Numbered from the stretch's first letter, positions 1 through 13,103 are shown. The stretch: 34,537 nt of DNA from Choristocarpus tenellus KU-1152 (GCA_964200185.2 CAXNAD020000053.1:1-34537); one strand, 5' to 3'. The notes: generated from the sequence alone by a model not told the origin. Translations and numbers: made by a program.

Positions 1-34
1 GCGGAGGGATTGCTGGGGGGTTGGGGGTTAACAG

Positions 35-3000
35 TGGGGGGGGGGAGGGGGAGGTGGAAAGATGAGAGTGGAGCGAATGGGTTCTGGTCAGCTGGGTCGA
101 GCAGTTTGGGGGGCAGATGGATCAGTGGTGTTCTACCTCAGTGCAGCAGGCAAGGGCAAATAATTATTATTTAATGAGAACAGCATGGACTACATGTTAG
201 AAGTGCCTTTAAATGACCATGATTTCATTGGCTCAGTCATCACACTAGGGCACAGACATGGATATGTCTTCTAAGACCTTGAGGGTGAAAGTCTCCATTT
301 ACCCCTCCCATTCCTTATTTCCCCATGCTCCCACTCTACACCCAACTATTCCCCCTTTAACCTCTCCCAATTCCCCCCACAGGAATTGTGTACAAGATAT
401 CTGTATTAGACGTATTAGATGGAGAGGTCCTTGCACGGGCGGAGCTTCCTGGGGGAGCTACACCAAGCACACTTCGATTGCTCCCCTCACCTACAGCACC
501 ATCAGAGTCTTGGGAGATGGGAGAAGGGAAAGGAGATAGGGAGGAGAACAGAGAAGGGTATCTTTTTGCTGCCACTGGGAAGGGCATGTGTTTGGTGCCT
601 TGCAAAAACCTGGACTTGAAAGCTGCAGTGTTTTATGGGGACAAGTGAGGCAATTACAACAATGGAAGGATTGGAGGCTGGGGGGTTGTTATGATTATGT
701 AAAGGCTGTATTGCTCTGAGCTTGCAATACTTCAATTATGCCAATGTATCATAGCCCCCACATCACCTTTCATGATTTTTCATCGCCTTTCCTCTCATAG
801 AGCTTAATTCTGATATGCCTTTTCCCCTGGTACTGTACTATTTATATTACAGTGCTAACCCTAACCTTGCACAAAATCATTTGTGAGTGTTTTCATGTCT
901 GTTGCTATATTTGCGTTTGTATTTATATTTATAGTTATATTTTTATTTGTATGTTACAAAGAATTGATACCTACATATGTCTCTCTCTCCTTTCACAGTA
1001 TGCAAATATATTTCAATCTCTGTGGTTTTATGTGCATGTTACATGCTATTCTAAAAAAAATAAATCAGGTTCAGTGTTGGTCAGAGGACTTCTCGTTTCT
1101 GGGGTGCCTGTGGTGTTGGGGTACTTTCAGGAAGGTCAAGACCCCATGGTGCCCTTGGTAGCACCACAGTAAAAGAAACAGAGCGGACAGGAGTGCTACA
1201 GAGCTATCGATCATCTCTCGGGAGGAATGACACTTACAATACTTCTAGCCCTGGCAGCAGTGGTTTGGGGGGGGAGTGGGGAGAATTGAGCTTTGTTGGC
1301 AACCCAGTCAAGGTTAGAAAGTGTGAAGAGAAACTAGTACCCTCCAATCAATCCTATTGGTATCTGCGTTGTTAGGGTTAGGGTTAACAAAGGGCAGGAA
1401 CAATTATTGATTTGTTCATTCATCCTTTGACTACTCAGCTGTTGTTGCTTAACTCCTAGCATACTGGAGTCATATGTTTTTTTATCCCAATTGATTGAAG
1501 ATCTTCATTGATTTGGCTAGAATTTCCTGGTAAACATAAAGCTACTCATCTCAAGATAAGCGTGATTGTTTTGTGATATGATACCTGAATGTGTAGCAGG
1601 AAATGTTGATAGTAAGGTGTTACTGGCAGCCGACTCCGATTGGCTGACTGTTCAAGAGTCAAGAGTCAAGATGTTGACAAGCTTGATCTCTTCAGAATTT
1701 ACTCAACAAAATTTGTTCTTGGATCAAAAATGGCAAGTGCACTTTCTACTCCTACTGCAAAGCAACCATGTGAACTTTCAACCATGTGCAGCTCTAACTA
1801 AGCTGTACTGTAGTACACATTGGAAAAAGAGTCAAAGTGGTAAATTCTGTTGGGTAGTGGAAATGTCCAAAGAGAGCCACTGGAGAAATTCCATGTCAGT
1901 TGTTATCATAGCTACACCTTGTAATCCCTAGCCCCATCCTAGACATTGGCACTTGACCCAATCTCTATTAATTATATTTATTATATTGCACATTCCAGAA
2001 CACCACTCCTCCCATCTCTATCCCAACCCCCTGGACCTTAGGTTGTTCCTGACAACATCAATTCATGCCAATAATTTCCAATTTTCCAGTATTTGAATTG
2101 GGAATAGGAATGGGGCTAAATTATTGGGAAACTTGAAAAAATGGTGTATCTTGTTTGTTGTTAGGAAGGTCCTTACAAGTTCACAAGTGTATCTTGCAAC
2201 TCCAACCACCCTACACAGTACAAAACAGATAACTACTGTGGTACTGTGGTACAGGTGCTATTTTATTGACAGACAAGTATTTGTACCATAGTTCTTCCGT
2301 GTGGATTGAAGATAGTTGTGATGCAACCAATTCCTCTTGTACTATTAGTGCTATCAATAATGTAATACTTGGTATGACCTCCAGCAGATGTAATTTGTGT
2401 TTTTGTATTTTTACACTTATATATCTGATACACCCTCAACAAGTGCAGTTGATGGTACTTTTTTTTTCTGTTGTCTTTTTCTTTTTTCATTTTTTTATGG
2501 GGGATGGGGGTAACCTCAACAGGCACGAGACGAGAAAGCTGACCTCTTTGTGTATAATGCTCTGGGTGGACAGCCAGAACGTGTTCCAACACCTCGATCA
2601 GAAGGTGTGCTGCACTTGGCCTGTTCCCCACTACGCCCCTTGGTGGTGGCAATCAGTCCATTGGGAGAGGCTTACCTACGAGAACAGGCAAGTACAGTAG
2701 AAGTTAAATACAACAAAAGTTAATCATAACAAAATACTAATATATATATATATATATATATTGGGGGGGGGAGGGAGGAGAAATGTAATTTTAATTGTAA
2801 TAATCTAGTGGCACACACAGAGGGGTGGTTTTACCACTTTCTTTTAGGTATATTTTCCTGTGATTTGGAGTGTTCTTTGCTGACCAAGCCGTTAATCATT
2901 TGGGGAGTTGGTACAGATTGGAAGGCAATTGTTGTGGGTTTGGAGGGTGAGTGCAATGAAGTATATGGGGTGACTACCTATAACTCTGGAGTAGATGACA

Positions 3001-6000
3001 AATTGCTGGATAAGACACAATACATTAGACTGGCATGTTTTTTTGTGTTTAGGGGGTTAGGGTTAGGGTTAGGGTTAGGGTTGAGTCAAGAAGGATGAAA
3101 GGTGTCAGCACATCACTGTTGATAGAATGATTTGCCCATTATTCACTGATCCCCTTAGTTTTGTTTTGTCCCCATGGTGATACTTTTTTTGTCAGTACTT
3201 TTAGTAATCCATGTTACCCTTCTGTGATTGAGGAATAAGATGAATACCCTATCACATGCACATCATGGATACCTGTTGCTTTGCATCTTTTCTCCATTAG
3301 TTTTCATGTTTGCATTGGTTGAGATGTGCACAGAATCTGTTATTCAGGTTCCTTGATTGGAATTATATTTGAATCTTGAGCATGGTGTATTAAAATGTCA
3401 ATATTACTTTGTAGTGCAACACTTCCAAAATGTCTTCTTGTGGGGGTCACTACCTTTTGAGAGAAAGTGGTTTATTGGTTTTATCTGGAGGATGTAAGAA
3501 ATTTCCTAATACTTATTGGGGATTCTTGTCTATATTTAGCTGGAGTTTGTTGTGTATCATATCTTGAAGAAAGTGTGGTTTATATAAACTAATTAGTATG
3601 CTGTAAATGATACACAGCAAGTTTAAAACAAAAGGTCATTGTTGACTCATTTTTACAAGGGTAGGGACTTGCTCTTTTAAAAAATAAGAACAAAATCAGT
3701 CACACACAATCTGAGAAAAAAGACACGATATGCCCAATTTTCCATTTTTTTAAAGGTTTTTTAAGGTGCCGGTTATGCCGCATTACTAATATAAAACTAT
3801 GAAAAGTGAGGTTAAAATGGCTCATCCAGCTCCTTTAAAGTGACAATCAAAAGCTTTTAATATTATTCACTCCTTAGAATTAGTATACTAATATCTTTTT
3901 TGACATCCAGATAGATCAATGTAGCAATGCATAATATAATAATAATGATATTAGTAGTGTGTCAATTCAAGAACAAAAACATGTGGTTATAATCTCAACA
4001 AGTATTTTCGAAATTTTCTTCCGTTTTTTATCAGTACTCTTTAAGTAGTAACAATGACTAGAGGATCTTGACAGTAACAATGCAAGCTCAGTAGCCTGAA
4101 ACTAAGGGAGGCATTGGTGTTAGGTTGTGAGATTGACCACCTTCACAATGTGCTGTACACCCTGTACACAATGTACCTTGACAGGTGTTAAAGACAGACT
4201 TTCCTGGACCATGGTTCCCATCAGGATATGTTCTGGTTGAGAATAATGTGGTATGTACCAAGATGGATACCCAAAGATTAGTAAAAGGTCTGTGTTTGTA
4301 CATTTTAAGACGAACCTCCTTCACTTCGAGTAGTTCACTCACTTCGAGTAGTTCACCCTTACTGTGAAAAAAACTAGTGTAAAGTCAGTATCATCAGTAT
4401 CATCAGTGTACCTTTTCTTCAGTTACTGATAGGATATGAATGCAGTATTATGACACAATTTTTCCCCAGAACTCTTAAACTTTGCCTCACTCTGCATATC
4501 CTTGAACTTTGTCAACCTAACATGTTTAAACAGCATATTTTCGGTCTTTTTGCACACCTGTATGTACTGTATTATGTGTATATGTGTATATGTGTATATA
4601 TTATTGCATCATGTAGGTATATGTAGGTATTGTCCTGGTGCTTGTTAGAATTTTTTCACCAAACATCAATCGCAACCCTCATCTGAATGATATGTACAGT
4701 ACATATACATTCATTTTTATTTTTCTCAGGTTATGATACTTCCCACCTGTTGTTCTTCCTTGATGTCTGCCTTCCCCACGTATGTCCCTCCTGCTTGTCG
4801 TGTCCCAGCCATACTTGGAAACTGAGGATGAAATAGACACTGTAGTAACCTCAGGTCCTAGGGGAGAGGTAGGTCAACCCACCAAAATAATATCATGATT
4901 TTTTTTTTCTCCCATTATTATTGTATCAATAGTATTCTGCTTCTGTAGGGTTAGTTAGGTTCAAGGTTGAGAAGTTACTTGAGAGTAACAGCTATTGATA
5001 GGCATGAAGGTCGTCACTACTACACTATTGTTTTTTTTCTCTTTTAACTAGTCTATCACCTCTTGAGATAGACTAGTTTCTCTTTTCAGCATTGAACATT
5101 TTGTGTACTTCCTACTTCCTGGTTTGTTGGGAAGGCATGTGTCAATATGGTACCAGTATAAGATTTTCATCAGATTTTTTTTGTTTCTTGCAAGATTACT
5201 GGGTTACCCTGAAATATCAACAAAATGCAACTGTCTAATCTAGTCTAGTCTATTCTGTTCTTTTCTATTTTTTTCTATTCTACTATCTATTCTGCGCAAC
5301 CCACGGCTGCAAGGTCAAAGAAATTTCGTCCTGATGTTGTATTTTTTCCCTTTTGAAGTGTTCAAACTGATGACAGAGAAAGTTAATATTACACTTTCTA
5401 CAATAATGTTAATAATAGTGATAGTAATAGTATTAGCATGTCATAGAATTAACAAACGTTGCACTTATTTTATTTATTATTTTTTGGTGCAGCAACAAAA
5501 TGTGTTGACGCAGAGGCCAGTAACCTGCGGAAAATATGTATTTGATTTGAGCTTTTTGGCAAAATGGAAACTAATCTGTGAGGACCAGGCAAATATCTTC
5601 ATAAAAAAATAGGCATGCTTCAAAGTACTTTGGACTGGTTGGTTGAAAGGACTCTTCTTATCTTACTCTTATCTTTGATTTTTTGAAGCTTCAACTTCAA
5701 CTTTTCCTCAACACCATTATTTTATATTATAGTACAATATACAGGTAGTAGTAGTACTATGGACCTTCCCCATTTTGAACAGAAGCTGGTGGTGACAGAG
5801 GGTTTTCATCTTTGGTTGTCTTGGTGGGTTAGGGTTAGAAATATGTACTGCAACAGTAATTGGTTCAATTTTTAATTTTATTTTGAGTGTTTGGGTTAGG
5901 GTTAGATGACTATACATCCTTGCAGCTTATACCTCCCCATCACCCAATCACGCAGACTTGAATATGAATTACATATACAATTACATATGTTCATTACATA

Positions 6001-9000
6001 CATTAATTACAAGTGTTTTGGTTTCATGCTCAATGGGTTGGTGGGACTGGACATTGTCTGGACATGTCACAAGAGTTTGACTTACCAACAAACATAGTCT
6101 GGACATGTTAGATAATGTAGTGTAGACCTGGTCCGACCAGGGTACATGGACTGGTATAATACCTTACCTTGTGTACCTGGTACAGACATGTTTGACAATG
6201 TTAGAATCAATCTGGACAATAGACCTAGACCAATAAAGTGTTTAATACATTGTTTAATTCAGTGTTTAATACAATGTTCAATACAATGTTTAATGGGTAT
6301 GGACTGGTACATGTCAGAAAATTGTCAGACTGGTCCAGCCCAGCAGATGCTCTTACCTATTTTATGTTATTAATTGTAAACATTTTGAAATGAGAAATAC
6401 ACCATGACAGGCGTTGTGAGAAATTCACAAGAAAAAAACGGCCTAGTCACTTTTTAGCAAGAATCCTAGCACATTTACATGCAAATCCAGGACCATTATT
6501 TTTTTTGCACCCCAGTTTCTTTGAACACCAATGCTTGTTCATACGCCTACTTGTCTTATAAAACATACGTTCCTCTGTTGTTGGCAGGCCAGGATGACCC
6601 CAGCACACCAAGTGGTGGTTCCTTGGCAACATGAGGCAGGGGGTGATGAGGAAGGAAATGATATGGATGAAGAAATTGATGTATTCAATGGAGCAGATAC
6701 CTATGCTGGTGAGAGTTGAGAATAATTATATACAGAATTTTTACTGTGGCATACAAACAAGTTTCAATTAATGCAATAGCTCTATTTTGACATTGTTCCA
6801 TATTACCATATCAACAGTATTTTATTATTGTTTTAGATTAATATGCTGGAGTGTACTACTGTACTATTTTTTATACTGCATACTCAAAGATGATAGGATT
6901 AGGGTAATTTTTTACTATGTACTCTCAGGAATTAATCCACCATCCAATCAAATTACAGCACCTTTTCATACCATTAGGAATCAAACTGAGCATATTGATC
7001 CCAATGGTTGCATTGGTTTTTTGCAAGTTAAATTGCCAGGTCAGGTCCTTACCTTCTTTACAACCGATCCCTCACAAGCTGTACTTCACACATGTGTTAG
7101 CATGCCCCCTACCTTGATCCCTCAACCCTCCCTATGATATTTGTAGCTTAGAGATGAGATTGACAACTAGATGGGATGGGCTACTTAAATCTGTTGCCAG
7201 TGCCCAAGGACTATGCTGGAAAATTTATTTTGGAGGTTATGGATAACCCATTTGTGTAGCATCGTACATAATGGAGGGTTAAAAGAGAGTAACTGTGAAT
7301 TTTCACCAGTGATACAAATGATAACAAATAGAGGAGACCATGTACCAAGCATGACTATGGATATAAGCAGATTGATGACCCACTATTTATTAGGTACAAC
7401 ATTGCACATGCACTTTTTTATTGCTGCTAATAATCTTATGTACAATTTAAAATAGGACCATGGAGTGTGGACCATTTTGGTGAAGAAGAACTTCATTACC
7501 GACCCATTCATGTTGAACTGCCGAGGAATAGTAGATCATTGGGTGATGGTGAGGAAGAGGGTGATGGTGTGGAGGACAACAAAAAGGACGGTCATGAAAG
7601 TTCTGTTAGGGGCACAAAAAGGTGTGTTGTTAACTAAGTTGTTTGTCTGTGCACGCTGTATATATACATATATATATATATTTGTGTGTATTGTGGCAGT
7701 CTTTGAACTGCCCTGGGTAGAGTGACAAGTGTACTCATGTACATGGCTTGACCTCTACATGTTGTGTGATACTTCACCATGAATGTCGTATTATCAAGTA
7801 AGATAAAGTCAGAACTAAGTAGCTAGAATTTTTCACATGTAATGGAGGGGAAAGAATAATCGTAACAGGCAACTGAACAAATCTAACAACATAAAGAGTC
7901 TGTATTGCTTTCTACAACAAATACTTTGCCATGTAATCAAGTGATCAAACAATTGGCAGATCAGTTTTGTGTGCCAAAGCTGAAAGATGGACCTGGGGAA
8001 ATGGACAAAAATTAGTAAATTTTTCAACAACCTGCTGATTTTGATGACAAATTGAAGTTTGGTTCTGACTTAGCATTTGAGGGTCAGTGGATCACTTTGA
8101 TGGTATACATGATGCCACTGATACTCCAGCATGTACATAGATACACTGTTGACAGTATACTATTTATCTATCACACCAACATGGGAGTCCTTGCTTGATA
8201 GTAGCCATGTCCTACCAACAATTGTATCACATATTTAATTATTTTTCATTAGTTACAATTATCTCCCCGGAGGGGCAGATCATAAAGCTAATGGTTTTGT
8301 GTTAAAATAGTCTGTGTGTCTCAATATTTATATATTTTTTGCACCTTTCTAAGTAGTGGTTTAGACTGCATGAGATAAGACATAATAGTAGTAGGTGGTT
8401 TAGATGAGAGATAGGACAAACAAATTATAGTATTGATGTCAACCCTTACACAAGGTGTGGACAGTGCCTTGCAATATATCTAAGTCATGGTAATGCAAAG
8501 GGTTACCTTGCTTTGGAGCACCAAAAAAATAAATAAATTGTGCTATACCATTCTAAACATGCCATGTACCCAACTGGGTGAGAAATATCTTTATTAGGAC
8601 AAGATGTAAGGCTACAGGGGTGTAGTAAGTACTGAGCAGAGGTGAAATGATACTTGAAATGAAATACTGTTATTTGGATTGCGGAATGATTTACTTCCCC
8701 TCTCATATCTAGTGCTGGACTGGCAACATTGCATTAAACTATATGTGGAGCTGGTGGGTGTCTCTATTAATAGCGACCACTTGCATGTTTTCAGTTGACT
8801 TGGGGTGATTATGAATCCAACAAGGAGGCGTTTTGTTCATCAAACATTTGAACACAATGTGCGAGAGTGGAGGGGTGATCTGAGGCAGGCTCCTTGTACA
8901 GTTTAGAGGATATTTTTTGAAAACCTCGTTTATCCTATTCTGGTTGTGAGATACATACATACAGTTCACTGTGATGTAGCCTGCTCACTCTGGCATAGGG

Positions 9001-11294
9001 CAAGGGTTCTCGTAAATTTTGCTGAGGTGTACTTAGTGTGAATGAAGTGAAGTGTAGTGAAGTGAAGTGAAGTGAAGTCTAGTGAAGTGAAGTGAAGTGT
9101 AGTGTAGTGTAGTGAAGTGAAGTCTAGTGAAGTGAAGTGAAGTGTAGTGTAGTGAAGTGAAGTGAAGTGTAGTGAAGTGAAGTGAAGTGAAGTGTAGTGA
9201 AGTGAAGTGAAGTGTAGTGAAGTGAAGTGAAGTGTAGTGAAATATACCGGTAGAGAGATTATTGTTTGGCATATCAGCTTAATTCGTTACCCTAACCCTA
9301 ATAATGTTGTAAGATGTTCCATGCCAATGATGTTTGGTCCATGGAAGTAACAATGATTGTTTGAGAAGGATGAGAATAGCTTTCAAACCTTGCGAGGCAC
9401 TCATGATTGTACAGAATTTTTTTGTGGCCATGACCCCAAGATTGATATGTAGGAGTGTAGGGCTCATGTGAATCTGTGTGGCTTTGAGGGATGTTCATGT
9501 GATCACTTCACCCTCTCCATACGCACAATAAAAGAACTGCCTATGACAGGCACACCCCTACATTGGGAAGGTTATGTCCACTGGACTCCTTGCCCCCACT
9601 TCCAATCCCTACAACGTTGTTAGGGTGTTGCCCTTGTTGGTGTGTTTTTGAACCAAATTAGCACTGTCTTTCTCAAACCAAACTAGTTTAACACCATTGA
9701 CAACAATGTGCAGGAGAGGAGGGGTCAGTTTAGTCTCTTTGCTTGAGAGATTCCCACCTCTCTTTTCTTTTTTTATGCGTGCCACAGTTGTGCAAAACAC
9801 CCTCTCACTATAGAAAGATACACCTTATCTGTGTCATTTTTGTAGAGAGACTACAATAAAGGTATAAACCCAAAGTACATGTTTTTTTTTCTTGGGTTTC
9901 CACCAGTGTACAACTGTTTTTATATTACTTTTCTATTTTTTATTTTTTTGCTTGTGGCGTCAATACTACACACATACTACACTCACACTACACACACACT
10001 ACACACATACTATACTCATACTACACACACACTACACACATACTACACACACACTACACACATACTACACACATACTACACTCACACTACACTAGGAAAC
10101 GGTAGCACACAAACGGAAGGGAGGCTACTGGATGTAAAGGCACACTCACCACCATCTAGCACACCATTCTATTCTATTATGATGGTGTCATTAATTGTCT
10201 CATGCATCACAAAATTTGTCGTAGGTGTTACACAGTGCTAACATAGAAAAGCAGCTGTATTCCGGGATATACTATTTGTAAGTATGTAAGGGTGTGTCCT
10301 GTTTATACTGGAGTATGAGCACAACTGTAGTTTGAATGGATGGTTTGAGAATACCTGCCCTGATTGGATGGAAATGTGATGATTTATTTTCAGAATAATA
10401 ATATTATAATAATAAAGGGGAGGGTGTGAAAGGGGAGTTTATTCTGACTTTTAATCTCATAATATTTATACCTAGTTTTGTAACGTGTACTAAGTATGTT
10501 TCAACTGACTTGCCATATGGTATTTTGAGGTTGTTGTAACTTGTTAGAAATTGATATGTGCAAAAAATGTACCACAACCAAACCACAGAACAGACTGAAA
10601 TGTTAATCCAGTTACCCTATACTACCACTTATTATTAGCACTACACCATAGTGGGCATAGGAAGTAGGCACTTGTTCAAAATGATGTAATTCTTCAAGGT
10701 GGTTAAGCATAGAGTTCAATGTACAGCATATCTATTTGTAGAGGTTTGTGTATTTCCATATCTTGTATAAATACGTTAATTGATCTTAATTGACAAAACA
10801 ACACTCAACAAACAACTTGTTTGGGAGGGTGAGAATTGTGATCCTGCTGTTTACCTCTTGTTGGAGCCTTAAATATATTTCCTTGAGCTTGAGTGCTTAA
10901 GATGGCCAGTATGAGTAGTAGCATTGAGCCCAATTAAATAATCTGACTCCCTTCTCATAAATAATTTAAAGAAATGGTGCTATCTCGACTCTTTGATCTG
11001 GATTTTTAAATTTCATTTCAAGTCTAGAGTCTACACCTTGTACTCCTTCTAATCTGCCGAATCCCTCTCACTCAATCAATCCAATCTGTGTGTTTGGCTT
11101 GGAGAAGAAATTACTCTGACTCCTCTGACAAGGGTAGTGGCAGAGGTGCTGGTGATGGCAATAGCAATGGGGTAAAGCCGCTGTTTTCTGCTCTGTTAAA
11201 TGCTCCCAAGTTGTTTTGTCGTGAGCACTGGCGATGGAGAAAACGTCTTCGAGAAGAGGCCAACAATCGTCTTGACAAAAGAAGGTACACAGCT

Positions 11295-11342
<48 letters not shown>

Positions 11343-13103
11343 ACATACATACATACATGCACACCTTGCTGGTGTTTCCTCATTGATCCCTTCGTAGTCA
11401 TTAGTGTTACTTTGTATACTCTTCACTATTAATATTAGTACATTAGTACTATTAATGTTAATACTATCCCTTGATGCTTTTTTTCTTGTGTCTTCCCCCT
11501 CCCCATGTTTGCTTTGCTAGTGTTCTCTCTTTTTCCTTTGGTTGTTACCTCTTGGCGTGGAAATGGTGTGGAATGGATATTCATGTTACCTAAATGTGTT
11601 TTTAGTATGTGTACTCATGACTGGATGTATTCCAATTGTCAACATGGACATGGATATACACATGCGTAGATGCACTACATGGATATCTGTGTATACATTT
11701 GCATTTATGGATACACCAATGTGCATATGTATGTTGGTACAAATGTTTAGGTAGTATATGCATGTATGGCATATGCCTGTGTATGTGGATATAGAAATGT
11801 TTAGCGCATACATATTTTTACTTACGGATATATTATACAACACAATATGCACATGGATGCATGCTCTGTGGATATGGACCAGGTGCATGGTGGGTGCCTT
11901 CCTTGGTGGACTGGAGGTGAAGTTAAAGAAAGTGGAAGAGGAACAGGCCAAGAAACGAAAGAAGCAGAAGCTTATGTTGGTGCGTCCCAAACCAAATTCT
12001 TCAGTGTTAATTAACAAGAATTGTCTATACTTGAAGAACTCCCTGCTTCATTTTTGATACATAATCAGTACCATTGCAGTACATATTATTGTTTGTATTA
12101 TGGGCTGACAGAAAATTGGGCAATATGAGGGGTAGTTAGTACCTGGTGGTAGTCACCAATTTAACTAAACCAGTTTAAAGTATTTGTGATGTGTATGTAC
12201 AGGATATAGATTGTATTGTACTTCAGCTTATGTGATACTGGTAATGATATACTCTGGAGTAGTATTAATTGTAAATGTAGCATATTATTGTACATACCTT
12301 ACACTTGTTACCTTTTGGCCTCTCCTCCCACTATCTTGTTGCCCCAACCAGTTCCACAGTCATCTTATCTCTCTCCGTAAGAAAAATTGGACTCTTTTCA
12401 TATCTCTGAGGGACAGCCCCTCAGTTACATCCTCAGTGTCAAACAGACTGACCTACCCATTCCAGTCAATTATACCTTGTCCTATGTCCATGTTGCTCCA
12501 CTTGCCAGGGTGTGATTCACATCATCATTTCGCCAAGAGTTGAGCTGTTGCAAGTTTTTTTTTTAAATTGAGGATTGTGTCTGTGCTTCATGATCAACTT
12601 GCTTATGATCCAATACAAAATAGACAGGTGCCTGTGGTATTTCCTATCTTAAGTGACAATAATTTCTTTGAATTCCCTTCTTCTCATTCAATAAGGCAAA
12701 AAAGCAAGCTCAGCTGGAGAAGGCTCAAGCCATAGCTATATCACGAGACTATCAACAAGCTGCTGCTTCCGCCCCTACCCAAATATCATCTTCAACACTC
12801 AAGCCAATACCTATTATCCCAAAGTTGTTTTCTGAGGGTGGTAGTGCTGGTAGAGGAAACTGGACATGGCAAAAACTGTCGCAAAGGGGGGAACGAGGGT
12901 CTGCAAGAGATGAAATACCTGAACTAAAACAGGGACCAGAGCTAGGAGTTGGGTTGGCTCAGGGTCAGGGATTTGTGGGGGAAGGAGAGGGGAGATTTAG
13001 AGACAGAATGGAACATGGCGATAATGAAAGGGGTGGGGGGGGGGGTGATGAAATGGGCAGTGAGAGTGAGAGCTCTAATATGGATGATAGGATAGGATAT
13101 TAA
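35..13103 (+). CDS. RBBP5/Swd1-like WD40 protein (putative SET1/COMPASS subunit), 5'-incomplete, 11 visible exons, about 627 aa visible
   Basis: Manually spliced, phase-consistent exons: 35-149, 383-644, 1069-1312, 2523-2687, 4185-4250, 4809-4868, 6588-6708, 7456-7621, 11105(or 11108)-11284, 11883-11979, 12696-13103(TAA); total 1884 nt. The translation shows RBBP5-like motifs in the right order: WD blade RAVWGADGSVVFYLSAAGIVYKISV; last blade HLACSPLRPLVVAISPLG (cf. AWHPVRPIIASIS); FPSGYVLVENNVPYLETEDEID (cf. FAPDFKELDENVEYEERESEFD); DEEIDV (cf. EEVDV); EEELHYRPI (cf. LLYLPI). Comparisons are from memory, not a search. The start of exon 1 is uncertain (in-frame TAA at 29-31). Confidence 0.75.
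2738..2761. repeat. (AT)n microsatellite in intron
   Basis: Visible AT run followed by a G run. Confidence 0.9.
3049..3082 (+). repeat. Interstitial telomere-like repeat (TTAGGG)4
   Basis: Four perfect TTAGGG units at 3057-3080, preceded by TTAGGGGG. Confidence 0.9.
4321..4356. repeat. Exact 18-bp tandem duplication
   Basis: TCACTTCGAGTAGTTCAC x2. Confidence 0.9.
6238..6293. repeat. 12-bp minisatellite, about 4.7 copies
   Basis: TGTTTAATACAA-like units. Confidence 0.8.
9046..9240. repeat. Compound pentamer microsatellite (AGTGA/AGTGT/AGTCT), 39 units
   Basis: 195 bp parsed exactly into 5-mers. Confidence 0.95.
9965..10093. repeat. 11-bp minisatellite ACTACACACA(T/C), about 11.7 units
   Basis: Parsed into consecutive 11-mers. 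Confidence 0.95.
11297..11340. repeat. (TC)n microsatellite just after a splice donor
   Basis: Visible TC run of about 22 units. Confidence 0.95.
11570..11880. repeat. Degenerate low-complexity ACATGGAT/ATGT-rich intronic tract
   Basis: Recurrent CATGGAT, GGATAT and ATGTAT words. Confidence 0.55.

Noticed and set aside
29-45. In-frame TAA suggesting the RBBP5-like gene is a pseudogene
   Set aside because: It is followed by a usable CAG acceptor (32-34) and a 10-G homopolymer prone to length error; all downstream exons are intact.
646-648. TGA ending ORF 388-648 as possible selenocysteine or read-through
   Set aside because: It lies within the intron donor GTGAGG starting at 645.
8742-8850. 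ELVGVSINSDHLHVF resembling an IS200 HUH transposase motif
   Set aside because: Single short motif, immediately followed by a stop, with no catalytic Tyr helix or TnpB/Fanzor nearby; likely chance.
9033-11432. ORFs with repetitive peptides (HFTSL, THTTH, ERERER/SLSLSL)
   Set aside because: They are translations of microsatellites inside introns.
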